IMG/VR virus record: IMGVR_UViG_3300045256_000753
Location: 1-64,000 of that record
From: a virus
Strand: one strand, 5' to 3'
Length of the DNA: 64,000 nt
The notes under the pieces are model-generated. The model worked only from the letters and a program-made list of their open reading frames with translations. It was not told the DNA's origin and made no database searches. The position numbers were made by a program, and so were the translations under genes. Numbering within the stretch: the stretch's first letter is position 1; each line of letters starts with the position of its first letter. This document shows, piece by piece, positions 1 to 9,099 of the stretch.

Positions 1-340
1 TCGGCGCCGGGGCGGGAGGAACCGGTTCCACAACATCCCTCGGATCGACCCAAGAAGACGATGCCCCCGTGTTGATTTCAGGAGTGCGCCCCAAATCGAG
101 CGTCAGAAACTTCTGGGCCGTGATTGCAGGGTATCTGGGATCGTTGGGGTCCATCCTGGGGACCTTCTCGAAGAAACGTTCGTGCCATGTGGCCACACGC
201 TGGTCGAACTTCAACTTGCCGGTGAGGCTCCGCGTGCACTCCGGGTTGAAACAATTGGCACAGCACTCGCGCGTAAACACGTCGAGAGGCGCAGCCGTCC
301 CGTTGCATTCCGGGAGCAAGTCCAGCCTGTGCCGTTCCAT
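1..340 (-). CDS. Hypothetical Cys-cluster protein, truncated at the window edge (not in ORF track)
   Basis: Manual translation from ATG at 340: MERHRLDLLPECNGTAAPLDVFTRECCANCFNPECTRS..., open to position 1. Lies 31 nt downstream of the polymerase stop with GGAGG upstream. CCxxCxxxxC suggests metal binding. Confidence 0.7.
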   Translation of the reverse strand, partial: MERHRLDLLPECNGTAAPLDVFTRECCANCFNPECTRSLTGKLKFDQRVATWHERFFEKVPRMDPNDPRYPAITAQKFLTLDLGRTPEINTGASSSWVDPRDVVEPVPPAPAP

Positions 341-371
341 CCTAAACCCTACCTCCGTCCAGGCCTATCCG

Positions 372-3368
372 CTAGGTTTCCTCGACAAAACGGCCATCGC
401 TGAGGTTGAGCATGTCGAGCGCCTTTGCCAGTGCAGTGGGATCGACTCGGATACCCATTTCAGGATCGACCAGCACAACACCCACCTCGTCGGTGAGCTT
501 GAGGATCTTGCCGTTCTCCTTGTCGAGCGCATCCACGCATGCCTGGCGCACTTGCCGCACAGTCTGATCGGTCAATCGATTGATCTTCATGACCACGACC
601 CTGCCAGCCGGTTTGGCGAGCTTGACCGTGACGGGGGGAGGCGGTGTGGGTGTTTTGGGCGGACTTGGGGGTGCCGCTTTGGCTTCAGCCGGGGCCGTCG
701 ATGTGGATACAGCCGTGGAGGCTGGTGCTGCGGGCCCCGCAACATCATCCGTTTTCTGGACGCCGGCCAACCAAGGCGCGTTGAGAATGCGGATGTCCAC
801 CTTCTTCTTCTCGGCGAAGACCGCGTGCTCGACCTCGCCGTCCCCGGGCTTGTCCTTGCCGAGATCCACGGTCCGAATCGTCCCGTACACGAAGCCGTTG
901 ACGATGTACTCGCCTTCCTTCGGCTTGTAGCCGGGCTTCACACGCTCGCACTTGTAGCCCGTTCCCCAGTTGGGGCCCACGAGCGGCTCGGTGATAAGCG
1001 GCACCTGCCATTTCGGGTTTGTCATGTGGGCCGGCGACTCCATGATGCTGACGATGATCGGGACGACCTCCGTCACACGATCGTTTCTGACCTCGAACAC
1101 GATTTCGTCGTGCACGGTCAAGAGCATGCGAACGGAATTGTCACCCTCGTAGCCCGGGCCTTGACGGAGCCAGCCGCGCTTGTGGAATTCCTTGTGCAAG
1201 AGCACCATGCTGATCTTCATGATGTCCGCGCCGGAGCCCTGGATCGGATAGTTGACGGCGTACCGCTCGCAGGCAGCTTGAACGGCGCGATCGGGGTTGT
1301 TGGCGTCGGGGATGGCCAGCCAACGACGGAACGGCGTCCAGACGCCCTCTTCCTTTTTGACGCGTTGCTGCTGGGCCTTGATCCACTTGGCGAAGGTCGG
1401 CACCGCCTTGTCGAATGCCTGCTTGCGGCGCGAGGCTTCGAGCTTGTCGCATCCGGTTGCTCGAATGATCGCCTGCGGTCCGCCGCCGTAGAGGAGCGCG
1501 AAGTTGGCAATCTTTGCCATTTTGCGTTCGTCCTTGGAGACGTCCTTCTTGTTGAAGAAGGCTCGCGCGGTGATGGTGTGGAGATCGCCCTCGCCTTCGA
1601 GGAACTCCTTGAGCCACACGGGTTCGCCCGAGACGTTGGTTGCGATACGAAGCTCCTGGCCAGCGTAGTCGCACTTGACCATCGTGAAGCCAGGGCGCGC
1701 CTCGAACAGCTTTCGCATGTCCGATTCGTTCGGAATGCCGTGAATGGGGACGCCGGAGAATCCCTGATCGGGCTGCCCAGCGGGCGCACTGAAACGGCCT
1801 GTGCCCGCGCCGGTTTGTTTGAAGTTGAACCGCAGCTCGTTGTTCTCGTCCGGATTGTTGTGCAGTTGTTCGAGGTAGGTGCCGACGAGCTTTTCGACCT
1901 GACGGTACTCGACGATCCATTTGAGAATCGGAGGCGCGTGGGGGTTGTCCTCGACCATCGTTTCGAGGGTCTCGGCGTCCGTCTTGTATTGCCCGCTCGC
2001 TTCGTTCTTGATTGGCTTGGGCGAGATGTTGAGGCAACCTTCGCCATTGCCGAACAAGAACTCTGAGAGTTGAGCCGTTGAGGACGGGTCGAGTCCGCGC
2101 CAGCCCTTTTCCGCCGCAAAGCTCTGGATCTTCTCCAGGATTGCGGTCAGCTCGGTCTGTTGCATGTCGAGCAGCTCTTTGGCCTTGGCTCGATTGACCA
2201 TGCAGCGATACCGCTCCATGACGCGAACCACCTGGGAGACCTGCTTTTCCAATCGATACGTGAACTCGTACTTTGTCTTGGCGAGATGGACGTAATCCGG
2301 TCGGTCCTTCTCCGTCTCGCGCGGGCGTTCGCAGAGAAGGTACGTGCAGATGGCGTCGGAGCATCCGTACTTCACGACGCCGGGCTCGTCCGGCGCCAGC
2401 TTGTTGAATTGGATCTTCTTCGAACCGTGAACGAACAGCTCTTTCAGCTCGATCATCACGTAGGAGTTGCCGTCAGGATCGCGCAGCCATTGAGCCGCCT
2501 TCAACTTGAGCGAGAAGGCTTTGTCCGCCGAGTAGTGGCAGAAAGCGGCGAGCATTCCGTCTTCGAAGCTGTCCGGGTGCCACCAATCGAGGCCCGTGAT
2601 CGGGAAGAGGATCTCCTGGTCAAACTTGGCGTTCCAGAAGTAGATGATGACCTGCGGCGCTTTCGCGAAGTTTTCCTTTCGGAACGAGAGAGGATCTTTC
2701 GCGAGCCCTTCCTCGGTCGGGACCGGCTGGGAGGCGCGGCAAAGGCGCCGGATTTCGGCGTCCACCTCGTTGAGCGGCTTGACGTTCAAATCCGGTCCGC
2801 CGTCATCCGGGTAGTGACGAACCGGGATGTAGTACCCCGTGTGACCGTCGATCGAAATGCAGTAGCCGACGATCTGATGCACTGTCCTCGGGTTGCCGAG
2901 AGCGTCGAAGGTCATGCGGTTGTCGAGGCCCTCAGCCTCGATGTCGAGAGAGCACTTGCCGTGTTCGAGAGCGGCATCGACGATCGCGCGGACCTCTTCG
3001 ATCGTCTTCACCTGGACGAAGGTGTGGTGCTTCATCCACGGCTTGGTGATGTTCGGAACGGTCCTCTCGACTTGCTTGTCCGCCATGACGGATGCAACAT
3101 CGTCTCCGTCGTCCTCTTGAGGCGCAGCGGCCGGAGTCGCCGGCGGTGGCACAGCGTCGTTCAGGAACTCGCCAACATCCATCTCGCTGTCTTGAGCAGC
3201 GGGCGCGGGCTCTGCGGGTTTCTCTTCGACCGGCGCGGCTTGCGCAACCGGCTCGGGGGCCTTCTCCTGTTCTGGAGCTGTCTCCTGGACAGGAGCTTGC
3301 GGCATTGGGGGTTCGACTGCGTTCGAAAGGTCCGCGAGAATGTCATCGAAGTCGTTATCTTCCGGCAT
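372..3368 (-). CDS. polA: Family A DNA polymerase with 3'-5' exonuclease (phage)
   Basis: Exo I CSLDIEAEG; motif A KCDYAGQELR; motif B RKMAKIANFALLYG; motif C LTVHDEIV. Start moved to ATG 3368 (MPEDNDF), which has GGAG upstream and overlaps the end of the previous gene. Confidence 0.95.
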   Translation of the reverse strand: MPEDNDFDDILADLSNAVEPPMPQAPVQETAPEQEKAPEPVAQAAPVEEKPAEPAPAAQDSEMDVGEFLNDAVPPPATPAAAPQEDDGDDVASVMADKQVERTVPNITKPWMKHHTFVQVKTIEEVRAIVDAALEHGKCSLDIEAEGLDNRMTFDALGNPRTVHQIVGYCISIDGHTGYYIPVRHYPDDGGPDLNVKPLNEVDAEIRRLCRASQPVPTEEGLAKDPLSFRKENFAKAPQVIIYFWNAKFDQEILFPITGLDWWHPDSFEDGMLAAFCHYSADKAFSLKLKAAQWLRDPDGNSYVMIELKELFVHGSKKIQFNKLAPDEPGVVKYGCSDAICTYLLCERPRETEKDRPDYVHLAKTKYEFTYRLEKQVSQVVRVMERYRCMVNRAKAKELLDMQQTELTAILEKIQSFAAEKGWRGLDPSSTAQLSEFLFGNGEGCLNISPKPIKNEASGQYKTDAETLETMVEDNPHAPPILKWIVEYRQVEKLVGTYLEQLHNNPDENNELRFNFKQTGAGTGRFSAPAGQPDQGFSGVPIHGIPNESDMRKLFEARPGFTMVKCDYAGQELRIATNVSGEPVWLKEFLEGEGDLHTITARAFFNKKDVSKDERKMAKIANFALLYGGGPQAIIRATGCDKLEASRRKQAFDKAVPTFAKWIKAQQQRVKKEEGVWTPFRRWLAIPDANNPDRAVQAACERYAVNYPIQGSGADIMKISMVLLHKEFHKRGWLRQGPGYEGDNSVRMLLTVHDEIVFEVRNDRVTEVVPIIVSIMESPAHMTNPKWQVPLITEPLVGPNWGTGYKCERVKPGYKPKEGEYIVNGFVYGTIRTVDLGKDKPGDGEVEHAVFAEKKKVDIRILNAPWLAGVQKTDDVAGPAAPASTAVSTSTAPAEAKAAPPSPPKTPTPPPPVTVKLAKPAGRVVVMKINRLTDQTVRQVRQACVDALDKENGKILKLTDEVGVVLVDPEMGIRVDPTALAKALDMLNLSDGRFVEET

Positions 3369-3789
3369 CAATCGGCTCCTCGACGACGACCACGTACACC
3401 CCTTCGCGCCACATCCGGACGATTTCTGCAACCCGTGGGCGTACAGAAGAGTCGAAGCCATCGGGCTCGAAACACCACGGCATTTTCTTCGCCGTCGAGA
3501 GACAGTTGGGCGCTTCATACATCGAGCATGTCTTTGCGTGCGCACATGTCTTCGATGGGAGCTTCATGAGGCAGCCCTTCGGTTGTGTGCCGAGCGCGGT
3601 CACGAGCGGCTTCGACCACCCGCGAATGGCGCTTTCCACAACGTCGTGATCGACCATCGTGAAGAGTCGAGTCACATCCAGACCCTGCAAGCCGCGCCAC
3701 TCTTCTTCCCAAGTCCCCCCGTACGAGTAGATCAGGAACAGCTCGACCTGTCCCATCTCTCGCGTCGGGACCTTGATCCTACGGGACAT
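3355..3789 (-). CDS. Hypothetical protein with Cys cluster (possible Zn or Fe-S binding)
   Basis: Tightly packed between the primase zinc finger and polymerase genes; contains GC...CAHAKTC...NC...PWC. Confidence 0.75.
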   Translation of the reverse strand: MSRRIKVPTREMGQVELFLIYSYGGTWEEEWRGLQGLDVTRLFTMVDHDVVESAIRGWSKPLVTALGTQPKGCLMKLPSKTCAHAKTCSMYEAPNCLSTAKKMPWCFEPDGFDSSVRPRVAEIVRMWREGVYVVVVEEPIDAGR

Positions 3790-4411
3790 ACGCGCGTTCT
3801 TTTTCGGTGATCTTGGTCAAGACCTGCTGGAGGATGGTCTTGGTCTTCTCGGTCGAGAACGACGTCTGTTCGAAGTAGTAGCGCGTTCGATCGAGGATCG
3901 AACCAATCATCAGATAGCCCTTCATGTCGAAGGCGGGGCGCGAGTTGATGAGGAGCGATTCGCAGGTGGCAAAAAGCCGCTCACATTCGGCGACCTCCGG
4001 GTCCTCGTAATCCTCCATCTCTGCGGGTGTCGGCGGGCGCTCCGGAGGCAAGATCCCATACGCCTTTTCCATCTCGGCGAGAGCGCGAGTGAACTTCTCC
4101 TCGCCCGTGAATTTCTTCCACAGGCCGATGCAGTCCCAATGTTGCTGGCACACGAAGCACCATACGTGCGACGGGGACCGTGCTGTCTCCGTGTACACGC
4201 GAGCGGACGGCTTGCGGTCCACGCCGTGAAAGGGACACGAGATCTGCTCTTCCCGATCGCCGCCGTACCGAAGCTGTATCCCGTTCCTACGCAGCACATC
4301 GTGCGCAGTGATTCGATTTCGAATCGCTTCGACACGGGCGCGCACCCATCGCCGCATCGCCTCTCGGGCATCGGCTTCCCGAACGGCATCGTTGTAGAAG
4401 TCGCGCTGCAC
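3779..4411 (-). CDS. Stand-alone CHC2-type primase zinc-binding domain protein
   Basis: ISCPFHGVDRKPSARVY...VWCFVCQQHWD matches the DnaG zinc-finger pattern CPFH...CFxC. At 210 aa there is no room for a TOPRIM domain. Confidence 0.85.
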   Translation of the reverse strand: MQRDFYNDAVREADAREAMRRWVRARVEAIRNRITAHDVLRRNGIQLRYGGDREEQISCPFHGVDRKPSARVYTETARSPSHVWCFVCQQHWDCIGLWKKFTGEEKFTRALAEMEKAYGILPPERPPTPAEMEDYEDPEVAECERLFATCESLLINSRPAFDMKGYLMIGSILDRTRYYFEQTSFSTEKTKTILQQVLTKITEKERAYVP

Positions 4412-5878
4412 TCAGACATCCCCCAAGCTGCGCGCCATGATCTGCTGAGCATCATCGTCGTTCGCCATGCCGGGGCGTTCCAACGTCGTGCGGTTCATCG
4501 AGTACATGCGGCGGGACGTGAAGTCCACCATCGCATCGAACGGCTGGAAGGGTGGGTTGTCGCGGTTTTTCAGGCAGCCGAATCGGGTTGTCCCATTCCG
4601 GCGATGATCCTGGTTGAGGTAGGTCGTCGTGATGTAGTCGGCCGTCTTCTCGACCTCGTTCGCGTAGGTGAGCGCCTTGGCCTTGTAGAGACCATCGTTC
4701 TTGTCTGCGTCGTCTTTGCCTTCGCGATTGATCTGCCAGAGGAGGCAAACCGGAATGCCCTCGTTGTGATTGAACTGCATCGCGAAGCGCTTGGCGTCTC
4801 GGACGATCGAGTTCAACTCGATGACGTAATCCTTGCTCTTCTTCCCCTTGGCCGCCTCGACCCACTGGCCGTGGTCGATGACGACGAATCCAAGCTCCAT
4901 CTGCTTGTGGAGGAGTTCGGCCTCCATGCGGATGTCCGCCATCGTCATCTCTTTGTCGGGGTTGATGACTTCGAAATGGCAGTAGCCGGGGTTCGTGTTG
5001 AAGTCCGGAATGACGTGGTTGAAGTAGAACGCCTCTTCCTCGGGGGTCAGCTCGCCGTCACGGATCTTCCGGTAGTCGAGCGGCGCGTAACCCATTTGCG
5101 CCCACTTCGCGTTCGCCGTGTGCACCGTATAGATGTTGCGGCGGATCTGCTCGTAGGGCATTTCAAGCGAGACGTAGAGCACGTTCGTCTTGAAATGCGT
5201 GATGAGGTTGTAGCACCAGTTGACTGCGAAGGTGCTCTTCAACTCTCCAGGATAGGCCGCGTGAACCCAAAGTTCGCCGCGCTTGGCGCCCTTGCAGGTC
5301 CTGTCGATCTCGGCGATGCCGCACATGCGGCCCCACACCTTGTCCTTCGAATTCTTGGCGGTGATGTACTCCTTCTTCATCTCTTCGGCGTCCATGCGGA
5401 CGTCGCCTCGGAACCGAGCGTTGAAGTTGGGTACGATGAGATCGTTTGCCCGCTGCGTGAAGTGCATCAGGCCATCGCGAATGCCGAACTTGCGTTCGCC
5501 CTCGATCTCCATGCCACGAGTGATGATCTCGTTGGCCTCCTTGAGGAGCTGGACGGCCTTGAGCTTGCTCTGATCGTCGAGGATCTGCGTCAGGAGGTTG
5601 TTGAAGTTCGTGCGGATGTAGGGCTGCGCGACTTCGATGGCCTTGAGGCGTTCGAGGGTCTCGATGTCGTCGAGACGTTCGAAGTAGTCACGAACCGTTT
5701 GGAGAGCGGGAACTTCGAGCTGCGTCTGGAAATACTGGTAGACGAACTTGAATAGCTTGTCGTCGTCCTGCCGTCCCCATTCGATGCGGGAGTTCAGGAG
5801 CTTCGTGAAGTTGAAGACGAGGTTCTCTTGGGTGATCGCGCCATCGACGTCGATCACGGAGCGAAGGAGGCGCTTCAT
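4412..5878 (-). CDS. dnaB: DnaB-like (SF4) replicative helicase
   Basis: CGIAEIDRTCKGAKRGELWVHAAYPGELKST (H1), VLYVSLEM (H1a), FVVIDH (H2), LLWQINR (H3), EKTAD...LKNR (H4). Confidence 0.9.
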   Translation of the reverse strand: MKRLLRSVIDVDGAITQENLVFNFTKLLNSRIEWGRQDDDKLFKFVYQYFQTQLEVPALQTVRDYFERLDDIETLERLKAIEVAQPYIRTNFNNLLTQILDDQSKLKAVQLLKEANEIITRGMEIEGERKFGIRDGLMHFTQRANDLIVPNFNARFRGDVRMDAEEMKKEYITAKNSKDKVWGRMCGIAEIDRTCKGAKRGELWVHAAYPGELKSTFAVNWCYNLITHFKTNVLYVSLEMPYEQIRRNIYTVHTANAKWAQMGYAPLDYRKIRDGELTPEEEAFYFNHVIPDFNTNPGYCHFEVINPDKEMTMADIRMEAELLHKQMELGFVVIDHGQWVEAAKGKKSKDYVIELNSIVRDAKRFAMQFNHNEGIPVCLLWQINREGKDDADKNDGLYKAKALTYANEVEKTADYITTTYLNQDHRRNGTTRFGCLKNRDNPPFQPFDAMVDFTSRRMYSMNRTTLERPGMANDDDAQQIMARSLGDV

Positions 5879-6756
5879 AGGTTGAGCCCTCCAACAGGGC
5901 CCCCACCGCCACGCTTTCTCCAGTCCTTCTTCCAGCCGGGCTTGCCTTTGCCCGTTCGCTTCTGACCCACGGGATCCGCGCTATCGGACGGCACGAGATC
6001 CGCCATGGCTTCCTCTTCGGCGGGCGGTTCCGGCTGCGTCGATTCGACGTCCATGGCCGGCTTGGCGACGGGAGCCGGTGCGGGCCCACCGTGGCGCATG
6101 AAGTCCAGGATGTCGAAATGCTCGTCCACGTAGAGCGCAACATCCGAATCCCACGAGACCGGCTGGGCACCCCCAGGAGTTGGCACCTGCACGATCCAGG
6201 TCGGTTTGAGCGCGACCTCGCGGATCATGAGAGCCTGGCGGAGAACGCCGGGCGCCGCGATGTTCTTGTAGCCGATGTGTCCGAGCCGGATGATAACGAG
6301 ATCGAAGTTCTCGACCAGATCTCTCAGGCTGTTGTAGCTCTGCGTGTCATCACGGTCTCGTGTCTTCTTCGACTTGGACGTGTACTTCTCGTCCCCCAGC
6401 CATACGCTGAGAAGTCGCTCGTCGGTGACCATGCGGTAACGAAACGTCTGGTCTCGCCAGTAGCGGCATCCGAGTGACCAACGTGCGTGCATGCGGAAGT
6501 CCAGCCACGTGATCTTTAGGAAGAGATTCTCCGTTGTCCGATCGACGACCGGCGCCTTCGTGATGCTGCCCCCATCGGTCTGATAGAGTGGGCTCTCTGC
6601 CTTTCCAACGTGCGGAGCCGTGGCGAAGTCAGGACCAAGAAATACGTCCTGCATCTTGAATCGCAAACATCGGCAAGGCGCCGCCTGCAAATCGTCGATG
6701 ACAATCCGCCCGGAACCACCGCAAATGGGACAGGGCTTGGTCTCTTCGCCAGACAT
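5875..6756 (-). CDS. Degenerate DnaC/IstB-like helicase loader
   Basis: N-terminal CPICGGSG...CRC zinc knuckle typical of phage DnaC-like proteins; FDLVIIRLG at the Walker B position; directly upstream of the helicase. Start taken as ATG 6756 (MSGEETKPC). Confidence 0.55.
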   Translation of the reverse strand: MSGEETKPCPICGGSGRIVIDDLQAAPCRCLRFKMQDVFLGPDFATAPHVGKAESPLYQTDGGSITKAPVVDRTTENLFLKITWLDFRMHARWSLGCRYWRDQTFRYRMVTDERLLSVWLGDEKYTSKSKKTRDRDDTQSYNSLRDLVENFDLVIIRLGHIGYKNIAAPGVLRQALMIREVALKPTWIVQVPTPGGAQPVSWDSDVALYVDEHFDILDFMRHGGPAPAPVAKPAMDVESTQPEPPAEEEAMADLVPSDSADPVGQKRTGKGKPGWKKDWRKRGGGGPVGGLNL

Positions 6757-6772
6757 TCTTGGTGCTCGCGGA

Positions 6773-8542
6773 CTACACCGCAGGTTCTTCAATCACGTTG
6801 CTTTGGAGGCTCTGGACCAATTCGCGCGTGAAGCTGTTGTTCGAGAAATCCAGGGCTCCGACCGCCGCTTCACCGAGGACCTTATCGATAAGGTCCTTCT
6901 TCTTTTGGAGCAGCTCAAGTGTGTAGTGGTCGATCGTCTTTCGCGACGTTTTCCGTTCGCGCGGGCGTTCCGAGATGATGTGGTACGCGACGACGTGCTG
7001 GTGCGGCGATCCGATACGGATGGGTCGCCCGAGGAGCTGGACGTAGTTGCCCCAGGACCACGGGGCGTCGAAGAAGATCATCGCCGCCGCCGCTTGAAGG
7101 TTGATCGCTTCGCTGCCGGCATCGGTGATGAAGATCACTTGGACGCCCGATTCCATGTCCTGGAAGGCTTCCTTTGCCTTCTGGCGCGCCGGGTTCTTTG
7201 CCGTGTCCACGACGTCCCCGGTGATTGCCACGCTCTTGATGTTGCGATCCTCCAGGATTTTCTGGAGACGCGGAACGAGGCTGGAGAAGCGCGTGTAGAC
7301 GATCGTCTTTTCGCCTTCGAGGTCGCCTTCGAAGAGATCGACCAGCGCTTGTTCTTTCGCACCGAGGCTCTTGACCTCGACGGTCTCGTCTCGGAAGGCG
7401 TCGGTCTCGATTGCGGCGCCGCCTTCGAACTTGAGGAGGGCCAGCGAATTGACGATCTGCTGGCAGTAGATCAGCGCGACGAAGGCCTTGTGCTCTTCGA
7501 AGTCTCGGACCTCGCCATCCCCAAGTTGAAGGACGCCCGTGAGCGCTTCGGAATACTTGATGTCCTCTGCCTGGGACAGCTCGCACGTGATCTCCTTCGT
7601 GATGAGCTTCGGAAGCTCGTCGGAGACCTGATGCTTCGGACGACCGAGGAAGTACGGATCGATGCGTTCGCGGAACTGTTGCAGGTTCTTGTAGCCCACG
7701 ACGATCGGAATCTTTCTCGTCCGGCTAACGGCCTGAAGCTTCGTGACGCAGAAGTCGTTGAGGAATCGCGACTTCGTGGTGAAGACGGTCGGGTGCACGA
7801 CCTTGTAGATGGCGAAGCCCTCGATGAGGTTGTTCTTGAGCAGCGTCGCGGTGAGGCCGTAAACGCGATCGGAACGCACCGACAGAAAGCTGCACACCTG
7901 CCAGGTTTTGGTCCCCGTGTTCTTGAACGCGGTCGCCTCGTCGTAGATCGTGATGAGGTCCTTCTCCTTGTTCGTCAAACGGTCGAGCAGACCCGGCGTC
8001 ACCGGCTTCTTCGGGTCGGGTTGGCCGTTGGGAAGAAGCGGCTGCACTGAGCCCGCGCTCCAATCCTTCACGAGGGAGTGGTAGTTGAGGATGAGGACGG
8101 CCTTGTCCGGTCCTTTATGATTCGACCAGGCGTCGTAGACCTCGGCCCGCTCTTTCGGGTTTCCGGATACGACGTACGTCTTCACGCCGGTCGTGAACTT
8201 GTCGAACTCCGATGCCCATTGGCGGATGGCGCTTTTTGGCGAGACGACGATGACCTTGCGATCCGGGTACTTCTCCCAGAAGTAGCAGAGGGCGCCGATC
8301 ATCTCGACGGTCTTTCCAAGGCCGGTCCCGTCTCCGAGGACCATGCGCTTCACCATGAGGAGGTGAAGGATCCCCTGAACCTGGTAGTACCGAAGACGGA
8401 ACGGCTCAGCCTTGCCGGAGATCCCCACGATCTCGTTCTTGAGCATCGGGGTCGGGCGCAGCGAACACGTCTTCGACTTCCGGATCTCCAGAAGCTTCCC
8501 GTAGATGTTGTCCTGCGGCTTGGTTTCCTGCGGGTCCGGCAT
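6773..8542 (-). CDS. SNF2-family (SF2) helicase/ATPase
   Basis: LRYYQVQG (Q motif), GDGTGLGKT (I), IYDEAT (II), LTAT (III), SEAINLQ (V), QLLGRPIRIG (VI). Confidence 0.93.
   Translation of the reverse strand: MPDPQETKPQDNIYGKLLEIRKSKTCSLRPTPMLKNEIVGISGKAEPFRLRYYQVQGILHLLMVKRMVLGDGTGLGKTVEMIGALCYFWEKYPDRKVIVVSPKSAIRQWASEFDKFTTGVKTYVVSGNPKERAEVYDAWSNHKGPDKAVLILNYHSLVKDWSAGSVQPLLPNGQPDPKKPVTPGLLDRLTNKEKDLITIYDEATAFKNTGTKTWQVCSFLSVRSDRVYGLTATLLKNNLIEGFAIYKVVHPTVFTTKSRFLNDFCVTKLQAVSRTRKIPIVVGYKNLQQFRERIDPYFLGRPKHQVSDELPKLITKEITCELSQAEDIKYSEALTGVLQLGDGEVRDFEEHKAFVALIYCQQIVNSLALLKFEGGAAIETDAFRDETVEVKSLGAKEQALVDLFEGDLEGEKTIVYTRFSSLVPRLQKILEDRNIKSVAITGDVVDTAKNPARQKAKEAFQDMESGVQVIFITDAGSEAINLQAAAAMIFFDAPWSWGNYVQLLGRPIRIGSPHQHVVAYHIISERPRERKTSRKTIDHYTLELLQKKKDLIDKVLGEAAVGALDFSNNSFTRELVQSLQSNVIEEPAV
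6774..6780 (-). promoter_or_regulatory. CGGTGTA motif upstream of the DnaC-like gene
   Basis: 17 nt before ATG 6756; same motif precedes other non-structural genes. Confidence 0.45.
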
Positions 8543-8555
8543 TTCGGCGCCCGCT

Positions 8556-8562
8556 TACACCG
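8556..8562 (-). promoter_or_regulatory. CGGTGTA motif upstream of the SNF2 gene
   Basis: In a 26-nt intergenic gap, 13 nt before the ATG, with no Shine-Dalgarno. Confidence 0.5.
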
Positions 8563-8568
8563 GCCCGG

Positions 8569-9009
8569 TCAGACCTCGTAGAGCTTGACGTTCCGATCCT
8601 GCGAGGCTTCGTGCGGCTTGCGGCGCTTGATGACGACCGTGTTCTCCGACACGACGCCCAGCATCTTGCGCACGATGGATAGCGCCTTCTCGGCGTCGTA
8701 TTCCTTGCAGGAGAAAGCGTCGAGCGCGAAGTACCGTTGAAGCGGCCACGCGTGCAAGGAGAGGTGGCTCGTCGAGATCACTTGGATCGTCGAGATGCCG
8801 CCCTCGTCTTCGAATTGTCCGGTGAGCTTCACGCGCTCCAAGACGTCCGGATCGACCGGCACTTCGTAGACCTGCACGTCGTCGAGGGGTTTCATGTCGA
8901 GCGCCTTCACGACGTTCTCGAACATCTGAGTCAGCTTCTCACGCGTGAAAACGGATGGATCGGATACACGGGCGTCCATCACAATGTGCAAACCGGCCGA
9001 ACTGGACAT
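8569..9009 (-). CDS. speD: Pyruvoyl-dependent S-adenosylmethionine decarboxylase proenzyme-like protein
   Basis: GLHIVMD N-terminus; GGISTIQVISTSHLSLHAWP...ALDAFSC matches the SpeD signature SHxSxHxWP...DxFxC. Confidence 0.88.
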   Translation of the reverse strand: MSSSAGLHIVMDARVSDPSVFTREKLTQMFENVVKALDMKPLDDVQVYEVPVDPDVLERVKLTGQFEDEGGISTIQVISTSHLSLHAWPLQRYFALDAFSCKEYDAEKALSIVRKMLGVVSENTVVIKRRKPHEASQDRNVKLYEV

Positions 9010-9075
9010 CTCTCGCTAGTTCCTGTCGTGGAAAGAAGACACCTTCACGTGCCGTTCAACCGCTTCGGCCACGCG

Positions 9076-9096
9076 TACTCGATACACCGTCGAGTA
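9076..9096 (-). promoter_or_regulatory. CGGTGTA motif in the loop of a 7-bp inverted repeat upstream of speD
   Basis: TACTCGA-CGGTGTA-TCGAGTA on the minus strand. Confidence 0.5.
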
Positions 9097-9099
9097 TGA

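Noticed and set aside
3369-3545. Longer starts in the ORF track for the polymerase and for 10507.., 11070.., 9989.., 49865.. and 16848..
   Set aside because: The extensions overlap real upstream genes; internal ATGs with coupling or RBS fit better.
8528-8572. Possible stem pairing the CGGTGTA region with the SNF2 start codon
   Set aside because: Imperfect and GC-rich, so easily produced by chance; needs covariation support.
9010-9075. SAM-class riboswitch upstream of speD
   Set aside because: Only a short AACGGC resemblance to SAM-SAH; no convincing consensus by eye. An Infernal/Rfam search would settle it.
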